A stretch of 64,000 nucleotides of DNA from Candidatus Hydrogenedentota bacterium (GCA_963668025.2 CAXXTH010000003.1:96001-160000), one strand, 5' to 3'. Positions 9,390-20,202 are shown, numbered from the stretch's first letter. A program made the numbers and translations. The notes: generated by a model not told the origin, from the letters alone.

Positions 9390-11180
9390 TTAGCCCTCCG
9401 CCTGCTTTCTCCAGCTCGTCTTGAACATGAGCGTGTTCGGGTGTGGCAACACGATGCTCTCGCCGATGGGGGGCAGCGTAATACGCCGCATGCCTCCGGA
9501 ATCCAAGGAGAGGAACGCGTACCGTGGGTCTTCGAGAGCAGTATCGAACGTACACAAGAATCGCTTGGGGCCAGACTTGCCCGTTTCGAGCACATCGATA
9601 CGGATGCCATCCAGAGCGACGGTATCACCTGTTTTCAAGGGGAAGTGTTTATCTCGGAGAAGCTGTTCGAAGAGCCTAGTAAGCATTTCGCCGTCGATGA
9701 TTTCCATTTCAAACGCGTTAGGAGCCGTTCGGGTGAGGCGTGTATCGAAGGGAGCCATGCAGAGCGCATGCATATGACGAGGCACGGGAAGGCCCTGGTG
9801 CGTGCGCATCATTAAGGGATAGTAACCGAGTATGGGATTACCGGCGTTGAGCAGGAAAACTTCCTGGTCGGCAGTCTGGGTGGGATGTATATCCATGCTG
9901 TTGATAACACCAAGCGCTTTTTGATTAATACACCGGATCATCAGTGTCATGCCCGGCCATATGAGGGGCGCGATGATAAGGTGAATGGCAATGAGGGTCC
10001 ATGCCAGTATTCGGGGCCACGTCACAGGCATGTCTATTTTTCGATATCCGGCGCGGATCAAAACGGCTATGGCTGCCGCTCCTCCGAATGACGGGAGCAG
10101 GAGCAGGCGGCCGGATGCAAACGTGGCGCACACGGGCAAGGCGGAAAAGAATGCTCCCCAAAAAAGCCAGCGCAGAGAGGCGCGTTCGCCAGTGGCAAGG
10201 AACGGCCATATGCGGCGCATGGCGAGTATGATGATCCCGGTGAGGACCACGCTGATGGCAATAAATGGAACATATGCGGCGGGCGTGGACGCGCTCATTT
10301 CAACAGGCAAGGCAAAGAAGTGGGCCGCGGCAAGCTGGAGAAGGCACGCAGGCAAGCGTACGAGATAGCCGAGGAGATCACGCGAGGGATCGAGATAAAT
10401 GCCTGAGCCATAAGCGCCATAATTTCCTATTTTGTAAGCTACGATGTATGCCGCGCCCACGATGGCGGCCGGCATGAGGGCGCATATGCGGTTTAGGAGG
10501 CTGCGCTTCGGAGCGCCAGCAGCGCCCATCCATTCGTACGCAAACAGGTAACCGAACACACCGAGAGCGGTTTCACCGCCCAACAGGCCAATTGCGTAAC
10601 CAAGGATGGACAGGGGCAAGCCTGGCTTCCAATTGGCCTCGCGCCATCGCATATGGGCGAAGAATCCAAGGAGTGCGGGCGCTGCAGCGACCAGGGCGTT
10701 ACGATTGGCCCACCACGCTACAGGAAACCAATGGGCCTCATCGACTGCGAACAAAATAAGGGCGAAAGCGCCGAGTCCGCCGGGCAAGGCGCGCCTAAAG
10801 ATCAAGCCAGCTATGGCAACAAAAGCCACATACCAGAGGATGGAATGGGCATGGAACAGCATTCCATTGCGATTGAAAAGCAGATGATCAAGCGCCATGG
10901 TGGCGCAGGTTAATGGCCGCCAAAAGTGTAACTTGAGTTCAGGCAGCGTATACCACGGCAGCGGCCCCATGTTCATGACCTGAAGCGTCGTCTCGATATT
11001 GCCGTCGGCAAAACGGTAGAGATCAAACGTGGTGTTAGTGGATTGATTTCCCATAAGGCCGAGCAATAGGTAGTAGTCGTCTAGGAAGAAGCCGAAACCT
11101 AAGCAGGACAAGGAAACGAGCAAGGCGGCTAATAGGGCGAAAATATAGAAGCGGCTGCTCCGTCCCAATGAGGCCGTCAT
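9390..11180 (-). CDS. Polytopic membrane protein, GT-C-like (DD motif after the first TM helix)
   Basis: FFLDDYY after TM1, then FWRPL, H..S..W, V.W.A.RN, RLLLLP. RBS GAAGGAG before ATG 11180. Confidence 0.6.
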   Translation of the reverse strand: MTASLGRSSRFYIFALLAALLVSLSCLGFGFFLDDYYLLLGLMGNQSTNTTFDLYRFADGNIETTLQVMNMGPLPWYTLPELKLHFWRPLTCATMALDHLLFNRNGMLFHAHSILWYVAFVAIAGLIFRRALPGGLGAFALILFAVDEAHWFPVAWWANRNALVAAAPALLGFFAHMRWREANWKPGLPLSILGYAIGLLGGETALGVFGYLFAYEWMGAAGAPKRSLLNRICALMPAAIVGAAYIVAYKIGNYGAYGSGIYLDPSRDLLGYLVRLPACLLQLAAAHFFALPVEMSASTPAAYVPFIAISVVLTGIIILAMRRIWPFLATGERASLRWLFWGAFFSALPVCATFASGRLLLLPSFGGAAAIAVLIRAGYRKIDMPVTWPRILAWTLIAIHLIIAPLIWPGMTLMIRCINQKALGVINSMDIHPTQTADQEVFLLNAGNPILGYYPLMMRTHQGLPVPRHMHALCMAPFDTRLTRTAPNAFEMEIIDGEMLTRLFEQLLRDKHFPLKTGDTVALDGIRIDVLETGKSGPKRFLCTFDTALEDPRYAFLSLDSGGMRRITLPPIGESIVLPHPNTLMFKTSWRKQAEG

Positions 11181-11302
11181 GGGATTATATCTCCTTCTGT
11201 ATTGGCGATGAACAGCCCGTGAGGGCGCGTGTTCCATACTTTGTTTGCTATATAAAGGATGGGACCGCACCAGGCATCATTTTGGCGCACCATCAAAATG
11301 GC

Positions 11303-12571
11303 TTATAGCAAGATACGGCGGCAAGTGGGCGGAATATCCAGACCTGCCGTGGAATTCCGCGTATCATAAATTATTTTCGCCTCACGAAGAAGGGCGGCAT
11401 AATCAAAAGCTTTATGGTTTGTGATAATGACAATACAATCGAATTCCGATATGCCTTTCGCCAGGTCATATGCCTTCATGACGCCGCTAGGCACATGCAA
11501 TTCGGGCACATAGGGGTCCGCGTAGTCCACTTTCGCCCCGCGTTGCTGCAACAAGCCAATCACGTCAATGGCAGGTGATTCGCGCGTATCGTTCACATCG
11601 GGCTTATACGCCACGCCCAGCACGAGAATGCGGCTGCCGCGCACGCTTTTCTCGTCATCGTTCAAGATGTCGGCAATCTTAGTAGCCACATATGCGGGCA
11701 TGCTGGCGTTGATGCTGTTGGCCAATTCGATAAATCGCGCCGTGTAATTAATGGTTTTCAGTTTCCAGCTCAAATAGAGCGGGTCAATAGGGATGCAGTG
11801 TCCGCCTAATCCAGGCCCGGGATAAAAAGGCATGAAGCCGAAAGGCTTGGTCTTCGCGGCATTAATGACTTCCCATACATCAATGCCCAGATGGCCGCAC
11901 ATGATGGCCAGTTCGTTCACAAGCCCAATATTAATGGCGCGAAAGGTGTTCTCGAGCAGCTTCACCATTTCCCCGACAATCGCGCTGGAAACGGGCACCA
12001 CCGTATCGACGGCGTGATGGTATAATTCGATGGCGCGGCGCGTGCATTCCGGTGTTATACCGCCCACCACTTTCGGCGTGTTGCGCACTGTGTAATACGC
12101 ATTGCCAGGGTCCACGCGCTCCGGCGAAAAGGCGAGGAAGAAATCCACACCCACTTTTAGCCCTGTTTCTTCGAGGCGCGGCAGCAAAAGCTCAACTGTC
12201 GTTCCCGGATACGTGGTGCTTTGTAATACAACCAGCATGCCTTGATGCAAATGCTTCGCCACCTCGTCCACGGCGGACACAATGTAAGACATATCCGGGT
12301 CTTGGCTTTTTCGCAACGGCGTCGGCACGCATATCGCCACGGCGTCGCAATCACGCAGCACGGAAAAATCCATTGTAGCCGAAAAGCGCCCCGCGTCCAC
12401 CAGTTCTTTCACTGAAGCGTCCGGCACGTCAAGTACGTACGAGCGCCCGGCGTTGATTTGGGCTACTTTGCTTTGCAGGACGTCTATTCCGATGACTTGA
12501 ACGCCGCCGCGCCCAAATTCAATACATAATGGAAGGCCCACATAACCTAGGCCCATTACAGCCACACGCAT
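11303..12571 (-). CDS. wbpA: UDP-N-acetylglucosamine 6-dehydrogenase-type nucleotide sugar dehydrogenase
   Basis: GLGYVGLP, ICVPTP, STTYPGTT, SPERVDPGN, KLLENTFR, GPGLGGHCIPIDP, AYKPDVNDTRESP. Confidence 0.88.
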   Translation of the reverse strand: MRVAVMGLGYVGLPLCIEFGRGGVQVIGIDVLQSKVAQINAGRSYVLDVPDASVKELVDAGRFSATMDFSVLRDCDAVAICVPTPLRKSQDPDMSYIVSAVDEVAKHLHQGMLVVLQSTTYPGTTVELLLPRLEETGLKVGVDFFLAFSPERVDPGNAYYTVRNTPKVVGGITPECTRRAIELYHHAVDTVVPVSSAIVGEMVKLLENTFRAINIGLVNELAIMCGHLGIDVWEVINAAKTKPFGFMPFYPGPGLGGHCIPIDPLYLSWKLKTINYTARFIELANSINASMPAYVATKIADILNDDEKSVRGSRILVLGVAYKPDVNDTRESPAIDVIGLLQQRGAKVDYADPYVPELHVPSGVMKAYDLAKGISEFDCIVIITNHKAFDYAALLREAKIIYDTRNSTAGLDIPPTCRRILL

Positions 12572-12691
12572 ACAATCGATTTCCTTTCCAGGGATTGAGG
12601 CGGCTTGCACGCCGCCTGCGCCGCTCAAGGGATTCTACTGCATTTCACCCATTCTCCCCAAGCGTTTTACAGGATATTTCACCCGCATGAT

Positions 12692-14716
12692 TCATGCGTA
12701 CTCGATGGCCACCATTTGATGGCCTTCTAGCAAAGGTATGATGAATTCCACCCGCCCGCTTCTTTCTTCGAAAGGCATTTGCACATTCACCGGCTGGCAC
12801 ACCACTCGTTTCACTTGCTTCGGCGTGCGCACGGATACAGAGACATCATAAAGAGGGATAATATCCTCAATGGTATCGAAGGCTTCTCCCCGGCGTTCGG
12901 GAATGTAATGAATCAAATGCACGATCCATCGATTCTGCGCGGGCTGCGCATTCACGGTGGCCCGAAGGGTCGTGGGACCTTCGATGCGTAAAAGTGGATC
13001 GGGTAGAAGCATGTTGAGTGCGTTCATGACCATCCGTTTGCACCACGAGGGCGCATTGCGCCGGTATTGAGTGAAGACGGGATGGGCGAAATAGATCAAT
13101 TTGCCCCGCTGGACGACGGCTGGGTAGGCCTCCTTGCCTGCGGAAGGCGTGTGCAGGTGCGAACAAAAGTGGTCGAAGGTGCGGTTGAAATAGGGTTCCG
13201 TGGCTTTGGCGAGTACTTTCGCGCCCTTTTCAACTTTAACCTCAAGGCCGCGCATATACATCACATGCTCCGTTTCCGGCAATCCAGCGCCGATAGGGCC
13301 GGACGGCTTGATGAAATCGGGGCTGTAAGGCGCATCGCCTTTCAAGCGTATTCCGAACTCAACCAAGGCGAAGCCTGATCCGTCAAGCCTTAATCCCGAT
13401 TTGTAGGAAGCCAGTATCGCGCCGCCTTGTTCGAGATAATCCTGCAAGCGCTTGGCAAGCTCGCTAGATACCGGGATTGTATCTGGCAGCACCAGCACCC
13501 GGTATGCGCTGAAGTCTTCATGACTGTCAACGACGTTAAATTGATAGACCGGCTGCCCCGGCATATCCGTGGGGCTTGCCGGTTCTTGGAGCATGGCTAC
13601 GCAGCCGAATGATTCCGTCGGTACGGCGTTATGGCCCCCATCAAGACTAAAAGCTTCCGGCGACAACACCGCGATTTCCGTCAAAGGTTCCGCGCCTTTG
13701 CACCAAGGCTCCTTTTCTTCCACTTGGGCATATACGCTGCCGATCAGATCATAGGTATGCGGGCAGATGCGGCCCGAAGGATGTAGTTGATCACCCACAC
13801 TGCATTTTGCACCTAGCGCCAGCATGGTAAAACACTCGAATTCGAGCGCTTGGCGGTTCTTAAAGGAGTGGAAATCCCCCCATGAAGTGTGGAATTTACC
13901 GGTCATGCCCAGAATATTCTTGTTTAGCGTGCGCGCATAACGCGCCGTCAACGGAAAATGCAGGTATCCCCAGCCGCCGCTGGGCAAAGACTCGAGTTCA
14001 TAATGTGTGAATACGCTAGACACCTCGCGCAGGCGAGGCCCGATATGGCCCGCATTGAAGAAAATGCGGCATTCGGTGTTGTGTTCTCGAATGAAGGCGG
14101 CCATGCCATCCATAAAACGATTCAACACCTTGACGCCAAACTGTTTGCGCGCCTCCTTATCGGAAGGATCCAACCCTTCCGCCTCCATCTCCGCCCGGCA
14201 GTAATAACATGAACAATCCATCGGCTTCACGATGTCGAGAAAGAGCCCATCCGTGGGAAGCGTGGATAGAATCTCGTGAATATGGGCTTTCAAATACTCA
14301 ACATAAGGCGTATTCACGCACAAATAACGGTAAAAGCCAGGCTCATAAGGAGGCGTGCCTTCCAGCCTTCCATCCGGCCCCACCACCACCCAGTCCGGAT
14401 GCTGCCGCGACATGGCGTAATCCCATTCAATGGAGGTGTAAATGGGAACCTGAATGCCCTGGGCATGGCATGCCTCGATTTGCTCCCGCAATAAATCGCG
14501 CGTCAAATGGGGATGGCGCATCTCGGGGAAAGCTTTTGTGTCGTAATAAAACCAGCCATGGTGGCATCGGGCAAAGCAAGTAACGGAATTCACATGGGCT
14601 TTAGCAAGGGTGTCCGCGAACGCTTCCGGCTCGAACGCCGCCCCAATGCCGGCAATGTGTTCGCTTGTGTGAAAGTCCAGATGAATTTGGCGGCTTGGCA
14701 ATTCCTGCGTCATCAT
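12692..14716 (-). CDS. Glycoside hydrolase (GHL6/GH151 alpha-L-fucosidase-like) with a beta-galactosidase trimerisation-like domain
   Basis: RQIHLDFHTSEHI, NSVTCFARCHHGW, LESLPSGGWGY.HFP, GMTGKFHTSWGDF, VGDQLHP. Confidence 0.8.
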   Translation of the reverse strand: MMTQELPSRQIHLDFHTSEHIAGIGAAFEPEAFADTLAKAHVNSVTCFARCHHGWFYYDTKAFPEMRHPHLTRDLLREQIEACHAQGIQVPIYTSIEWDYAMSRQHPDWVVVGPDGRLEGTPPYEPGFYRYLCVNTPYVEYLKAHIHEILSTLPTDGLFLDIVKPMDCSCYYCRAEMEAEGLDPSDKEARKQFGVKVLNRFMDGMAAFIREHNTECRIFFNAGHIGPRLREVSSVFTHYELESLPSGGWGYLHFPLTARYARTLNKNILGMTGKFHTSWGDFHSFKNRQALEFECFTMLALGAKCSVGDQLHPSGRICPHTYDLIGSVYAQVEEKEPWCKGAEPLTEIAVLSPEAFSLDGGHNAVPTESFGCVAMLQEPASPTDMPGQPVYQFNVVDSHEDFSAYRVLVLPDTIPVSSELAKRLQDYLEQGGAILASYKSGLRLDGSGFALVEFGIRLKGDAPYSPDFIKPSGPIGAGLPETEHVMYMRGLEVKVEKGAKVLAKATEPYFNRTFDHFCSHLHTPSAGKEAYPAVVQRGKLIYFAHPVFTQYRRNAPSWCKRMVMNALNMLLPDPLLRIEGPTTLRATVNAQPAQNRWIVHLIHYIPERRGEAFDTIEDIIPLYDVSVSVRTPKQVKRVVCQPVNVQMPFEERSGRVEFIIPLLEGHQMVAIEYA

Positions 14717-15011
14717 AAGCCCCCCTTTGGGATAGCGCCTGCGGCGAATTCCACTGATTCCCACAAGCAAAACCTGCCAAAACACCTGCCACCTTACACT
14801 ATAAGAAAAAGGAAATCGAATCCGAACAAGGCCGAAATGGGTATTTTTCGTGGAGTACAGAAATTTTCTATCAAAAAAGCTTGATATGTGTTCGAGCATC
14901 ATGTACAAATTCTAACCTGTATGTTGCGCCACGATGCGTGTATCCGGTCGCGGCATTACTAGCTGGTGTGGTTTTTAGAAAAGTGGTCTTCCAATGAAAG
15001 GGGTCAAAACA

Positions 15012-16565
15012 ATGAAGTGGTGGAAAGCATGCATGCTTGCCGTTTTAGCGTTCGCGCTTGCGGCGCCGGCTTTTGCCGAGCTGCAAAATGTGCAAGTGGG
15101 TGGTGAATTGCGTATTCGGTACAATTACATCGGTTCCAACTACGATTCAACCAATGGGATTCGTCCCCTTTACCCGCCTGCGTGGATCGCGGGCCGTCCC
15201 ATGGGTATCGCTGCGGCGATTTATGGCTGGGACAAAGACAGCAACGCCTCCAAGTTCACAGAAATGCGCACTCGCTTGAATGTCAAAGCGGATTTTACGG
15301 ATGAAGTTTGCGCGTATGTCGAATTTGACAGCTATGACATCTGGGGTGAAGATTTCCGCTCGAATTACGTTACTGGTGCGGATTTCCGCCAGAACGACGC
15401 CAATGATGATGTTTCCGTTTATCAAGCGTATATCCAAGCCAAAAATATGTGGGGAACGCCCCTCCAGTTGCGCGTTGGCCGCCAGGAATTGGCCTTCGGC
15501 AGCCAGTGGCTCGTCGGCACGAAAGATTTCGGCCCGAACTTCGTTGGCCAGTCCTTTGACGCCTTGCGCCTCACGTATGCCACCGATATGTTCAGCGTAG
15601 ATGCATTCGCCGCGAAATTGGCGGAAGCGGGCTTAGCTGAAGAAGACGGCGACACGGATTTCTACGGCGTGTATGCTTCATGCACGGCCGTTGAAAACTG
15701 GACCTTTGACGCCTACTACTTCTTGCTTCGGGATGCCGCGGCGTATTCCGATTCCGATCAAGACTGGTTCTCGGAAGCCATCCAAGACTGGTTCGGCGTG
15801 GATGATTACGATCCCACCAACCTGAACACCGTTGGCCTGCGCGCTAATGGAACCTGGAACGCCTTCGATTTCAATGCGGAAGCCGCCTACCAGTTCGGTG
15901 ATGCGGGCCGCATTGGCTCCATGTTCCGTAATTTGGTTGTTGGCGATGAAGATGCCGAATTCGACAATTGGGGCGGCACGGTGGAAGCCGGCTATACGTT
16001 TGATATGGCATGGACTCCGCGCGTCTTCTTGGGCGCGGATTATATCGGCGGTGAAGACAACCGCGACCTCTCCTGGTTCCAGTGGTGGTGGCCCTTCGAC
16101 AAGCCCCAATCGAGCATCAGCTTCAATCGCTTGTTCTCGAATCAGATGTACAGCGGTTTCTTAGACTTGAACAATGACTTGTCGAACGTGTGGATCGCCC
16201 GCGGCGGTGCGACGGTTCATCCTCTCGAGAGCGTTTCGGTTACGGGTATCGTGAGCCACTTCGAAGCCCTCGATCCTTTTGATGCGCCGTATTTCTGGAA
16301 ATTCGGCAACTTCATCGTTCCGCTTTTCCCCAATCGCAGCTATGCCGCCGAAGAAAATTCGAGCGATCTGGGCTGGCAAGTGGACCTGATCACTTCCTAC
16401 AACTACACGGAAGACCTGTCCTTTGTTGTTCATTATGCTCATCTGTTTGTTGGGGATGGCCTTACCGACGGCGCCTATTCCGCCTATAATGGCCTGGTCT
16501 CGACACAAGGCACGGATAATGACGATAGCGATTACATCGCCTTCGAGACGCGCCTTCGCTTCTAA
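15012..16565 (+). CDS. Alginate-export-family (AlgE-like) outer-membrane beta-barrel protein
   Basis: Signal peptide ending AFA, GGELRIRY, YQAYI, LRVGRQELAFG, FDALRL, amphipathic strands, C-terminal Phe. Confidence 0.82.
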   Translation: MKWWKACMLAVLAFALAAPAFAELQNVQVGGELRIRYNYIGSNYDSTNGIRPLYPPAWIAGRPMGIAAAIYGWDKDSNASKFTEMRTRLNVKADFTDEVCAYVEFDSYDIWGEDFRSNYVTGADFRQNDANDDVSVYQAYIQAKNMWGTPLQLRVGRQELAFGSQWLVGTKDFGPNFVGQSFDALRLTYATDMFSVDAFAAKLAEAGLAEEDGDTDFYGVYASCTAVENWTFDAYYFLLRDAAAYSDSDQDWFSEAIQDWFGVDDYDPTNLNTVGLRANGTWNAFDFNAEAAYQFGDAGRIGSMFRNLVVGDEDAEFDNWGGTVEAGYTFDMAWTPRVFLGADYIGGEDNRDLSWFQWWWPFDKPQSSISFNRLFSNQMYSGFLDLNNDLSNVWIARGGATVHPLESVSVTGIVSHFEALDPFDAPYFWKFGNFIVPLFPNRSYAAEENSSDLGWQVDLITSYNYTEDLSFVVHYAHLFVGDGLTDGAYSAYNGLVSTQGTDNDDSDYIAFETRLRF

Positions 16566-16586
16566 TACGTTTAAGTGTTAAATAAG

Positions 16587-16629
16587 AACAGAGCAAAGCT
16601 GGTTTATATCCGGCTTTGCTCTGTTTTTT
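16587..16629 (+). terminator. Rho-independent terminator
   Basis: aacagagcaaagctgg-tttatat-ccggctttgctctgtt followed by a T-run. Confidence 0.9.
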
Positions 16630-16634
16630 GAGCC

Positions 16635-16856
16635 TCTTGCGCTATTATCTGGCAAAACGTTGTTTTCTGGCAAATATTTTTGTGTAAACCAATGTATTTT
16701 AACTGGTTAGGATCTACGATTTTTGCATAGTATTTTTGTCGGTAAATCTTTTGAACGGTGGGGCAAGCCCCACCCTACCCATCTGAATTTTAGTGTATTT
16801 AGTGTATTTCGTGGTCTAAAATCCGGCTCTTTGGTTGCGGCTACGCTGCGCTAAGC
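16635..16856 (+). repeat. Composite dispersed repeat, copy A (REP hairpin GTAG-GGTGGGGC-TT-GCCCCACC, 9-nt-period triplet, TTGGTTGCGGC end)
   Basis: Aligns by eye to the reverse complement of 45484-45699, to 46160-46340, and in part to 49752-49841. Confidence 0.88.
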
Positions 16857-16904
16857 CTTATGAGGCCCAAGATATTTCCTTGGGTGTGCGTCCCAATTGT
16901 GCTT

Positions 16905-18219
16905 TCATGCGGCATCTTTCCTAGCTCTGTCGGCCCAGAAGTCTTCGAAGTCTCTGTTCAAGAAGGCGCATCGTAGCGTAATGATCTTGTTTGCACCGTT
17001 GACCGTCCATCTCATTCCGGACTGCTTGAGCCGTTTTCCTACAACATTTTTGCAGCCGGCCTCTATGACGCCGGAGCCGACGAACAGTTTTTGTTCCCGG
17101 AATTCGGCATAGCGCATCATGTGGGCGCGGCTGCCCAGATACAGAAAATGTTCCCAGGCCGCCTTGCCGTCATCGTCGTGGCTGGGCATGTGTGGCCGCA
17201 GTAGCTCCAGGGCCTGCGCGGCCTCTCCCTGCCGCACGAGTTCGCTGAGGCTTTGGCGCATCCGCATCCCCAGCTCAGTGGTCTTCCCAAAGAGCAGCGC
17301 GCACAACAGCGCCAGGTGTTCCAGTGCGTGATACAGGTCGAGGATGTGAACGGCCCCGGGGAAGTAGTCGGCGGCGATGTTCGCTATCCATTGCGCGCCG
17401 TCGGAAAGGACCACCACCTTTTGCGCGCGTTCCAGTCCACGGCGCTGGGCTTCGGCGAAGATGCGGCCTGCAAAGGCTTCGGCGTTTTCCACGGCGCCGG
17501 AAAAGGTGGTGCTGCCGGGGTCGCGCACCGGCTCCCCCTTCTCGTCCGTGCTGGTTTGTGTGAAGACGCATCCGATTTTGGCCTCACGGGTTTTGGCGGA
17601 TCCGTCTTGCGCCTTTCCCTTGCGCCCGTCCCGTTTCGGACTTGACGACGGGAACCCCCGTGCCGTCCATTTCGATGTACAGGACGGGAATCTCATCGCC
17701 GGTGCTGGGCTGCGCGGGGTTTGACGGATGCCCGCGCCGCTGCTTTTCCCACGCGGCCACGTCCGCTCCCGTCTGCTCGCTGGACCGCTCGCAGTCCTTG
17801 GCGCTCACGCTGATGCCCGCCAGTTCTTTTAGATCCCCGGCGGCGTCCGCGAAGCTTTCCCGCGCGCCAAGGCGCGCCGTCATTCGCCTGACGCCGGGCG
17901 AACGCGAAGTGCCCGCGACATCCAGCAGTTCGTCCGCTGGATAGGCGGTGGCCCCGCATGGGCAGCGGTACATCGCGCGCTCCTGCGTGACGTTCCCCAG
18001 AATGGTCGTGATGCGCCTGGCCCGCATGCCCGCGCGGCGCATGGGATGGCCGCACAGCGGGCACGCATGCTCCTGGCCCTGGACAATGGCGTTTGCCTTG
18101 TCGAACAGGACGGCCAGCGTCTTTCCCGCGCCTTCCAGGGCGGCGGTGCGGATGAGTTTCTCCGTTGCTTCAAAGTCCACGCCGCGGTCCCGGCGGACTA
18201 GCGCCAGCGCCCGCGACAT
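16905..18219 (-). pseudogene. ISKra4-type DDE transposase with a 1-nt insertion near 17630 relative to copy 2
   Basis: Matches 23074-24387 except for one extra C (cccgtcccgtt versus cccgtccgtt). Either a true frameshift or a sequencing indel. Confidence 0.85.
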
Positions 18220-18242
18220 TTCCGCGGACCTTTCCAGTTCGA

Positions 18243-18593
18243 CTAGAGCCCTTTTTTTTGCCGCTCGTGGGCGGCCTCCTTGTCGCGCTCAAGCTCTCCG
18301 AGCTGTTGTGTCAGCTCGCAAAAGCGTTCGGCGAGTTCGTGAATACGCTTGCTGTTGTCCGTCTGTTCACGGGCGCGCCGCACGTCCTCGGGACTTCGCA
18401 GCCGCTGCCGCCGGGGCTTTCCCTGCTCGTACCACTGCAGGGAGTAATAAGGTCCCCGTTCCACGGCCTCCGGCATGTCCTTGCGTGTGCCCTTGACCAT
18501 TTGCTCCGACACGCCGCCCGGGTGGGCGCTTCGAATGGCGCGCATCTGCCCCAAAATACATTCCCGTTGCGCTTCAATCGTCTCAATGTTCAT
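18243..18593 (-). CDS. IS upstream ORF (DUF6788-like) ending in a slippery A8G run
   Basis: G.VSEQ...GPYYSLQWY..GK...RLR, GGAGG RBS, identical in IS copy 2. Confidence 0.75.
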   Translation of the reverse strand: MNIETIEAQRECILGQMRAIRSAHPGGVSEQMVKGTRKDMPEAVERGPYYSLQWYEQGKPRRQRLRSPEDVRRAREQTDNSKRIHELAERFCELTQQLGELERDKEAAHERQKKGL

Positions 18594-18759
18594 GGCGGCC
18601 TCCATTTGTGTCTATACAGACACAAAATTATACCGCAAAAAACATCTGGACGCAACGAAACACAATCATGGCGCACACCCTATTTCCTTTTTTGTATGAA
18701 GTCCAGGTGTGCTATACTGATATCCGTAAAGCTGAGTCTAGAGAGGAGTATGTTCAACG

Positions 18760-18909
18760 ATGACTGCGATGACCTTATTCGCCCCCGTGTTAAACATCGC
18801 CCAAAACACGGTAGATGCGTTTTTAATGCCCATCAACTTCGTCATGCGCATGTTTGATCATGATGAGGTGGAATTTGACGTGACCACTTTTGTACAAGAC
18901 ATCATCTGA
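18760..18909 (+). CDS. Small hypothetical protein (49 aa)
   Basis: MTAMTLFAPVLNIAQNTVDAFLMPINFVMRMFDHDEVEFDVTTFVQDII. GAGGAG RBS at 18743-18748 and extended -10 TGcTATACT at 18710-18718. Confidence 0.55.
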   Translation: MTAMTLFAPVLNIAQNTVDAFLMPINFVMRMFDHDEVEFDVTTFVQDII

Positions 18910-18932
18910 AGAAAAATCCGCCGGGAGGCGGA

Positions 18933-20090
18933 TTATACGCCTGAGATGAACGCCGTGATCTCTTTTGCACGGTGCAAATGCGTGTGCCGTTCCAGGACGG
19001 TTTTTCGAGCGGATTCACCCATGGCGCGTCGGGCGGCGGGGTCGGCCAGCAAACGGCGGTAGGTATCCATGGCTTCATCCGCTGAATGGACCACTAGCAT
19101 GTCGCGCCCAATATCAAACCACGTCTCCAAGCCTTCATACGGATTCGATACCACGCAGCATCCCATGGCGGCCAGCTCGAAGGGCCGGAAGGTGGAAGAG
19201 GCGAACACGCTCGCATGAGCGGCGCGGGTGATGTTCAGGTTGATGCGGCTGCGCCGACAGGCTTGGCGGAACACGTTGAACGGCACATCGCCTGTCTCCT
19301 GCACCTTGCCAAGGTCCATGCCGAAGCCTTGCCCGCCCACGGCGAATGAGTGGCCTTCCATTTCCAGGCTCGGCCGCACGAGCATCGCACGAATCCAGTC
19401 TTCCCGGTATTCCGACCCAAACCCATAGAAAAAAACATCCCGGTCTTCTTCCATGTCCAGCGGGGCGTACAGTTCCGGGTCAGGCCCCCAATGGACCGGC
19501 TGGACGCGCATCGCGCCCATCTCGAGCAATTCCTTCGCGCCGCCATCGGAATTGCACATAAAGCCGTCGTATTCGGCCAGATTCGCATTCTCGTAAATGC
19601 GAAAACCGGAAGCAAACCCTCCGAAGCGCGGCAGGCTGGCGGGCACATCGCCGTCAAAGTAAAAGAACGGCACATGAAAGCGCCCCCGCAAGCGCGAAGG
19701 CAGGCCTGTGAAATGGTTCAACGGAATGGTGAACAAGATAACGGCGTCCACATTCCGTTCCATATTCAATATATTCGCCAGATGCGCTTCCCATCGCGGA
19801 CGGATCCAGGACTCGATGAGCGCCTTCGAGATTTTACCGCTCATGCCCTCCTCGGTGGAAGTCGCGCCTTTGCCGAACCATTGTTTCACTTTCTGAAACG
19901 CCTGCCCTTCGAGCTGGCAAGGATTCGGATAGGCGCGCCACCAAGGCGTCTCGAAGGCCGCGCCCATATACGGGATGGCGATTACGTCATGTCCCAGTTC
20001 ATGCAGGCCCTTTAAAAACTGCCACCAGTTCGGCGTACAGCCGAACCGGTATCGAATATCCAGGGCGCTGCAAAGGCATACGAGTTTCAT
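18933..20090 (-). CDS. CgeB-like glycosyltransferase (GT-B fold)
   Basis: SRINLNITR...TFRPFELAAMG...R.AMGESARKTVLERHTHLHRA at the C-terminus. Confidence 0.82.
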   Translation of the reverse strand: MKLVCLCSALDIRYRFGCTPNWWQFLKGLHELGHDVIAIPYMGAAFETPWWRAYPNPCQLEGQAFQKVKQWFGKGATSTEEGMSGKISKALIESWIRPRWEAHLANILNMERNVDAVILFTIPLNHFTGLPSRLRGRFHVPFFYFDGDVPASLPRFGGFASGFRIYENANLAEYDGFMCNSDGGAKELLEMGAMRVQPVHWGPDPELYAPLDMEEDRDVFFYGFGSEYREDWIRAMLVRPSLEMEGHSFAVGGQGFGMDLGKVQETGDVPFNVFRQACRRSRINLNITRAAHASVFASSTFRPFELAAMGCCVVSNPYEGLETWFDIGRDMLVVHSADEAMDTYRRLLADPAARRAMGESARKTVLERHTHLHRAKEITAFISGV

Positions 20091-20202
20091 GAAAGAATGA
20101 TAACATGGTGAATGGGGAAGAGCAATGGCGCGCAAAAAAACGAAAGCTATACAGTGAGGCTTGCTCCTTCATAATCTGCTTTGTTGTACTGCACGCAATA
20201 TT

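Larger units (their letters stand above)
16882..18680 (-). mobile_element. ISKra4-family (p-MULE/IS256-related) insertion sequence, copy 1, 1799 bp
   Basis: Terminal IRs gggtgtgcg...attgtg / cacaat...cgcacaccc. 9-bp TSD tatttcctt at 16873-16881 and 18681-18689. Confidence 0.93.
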
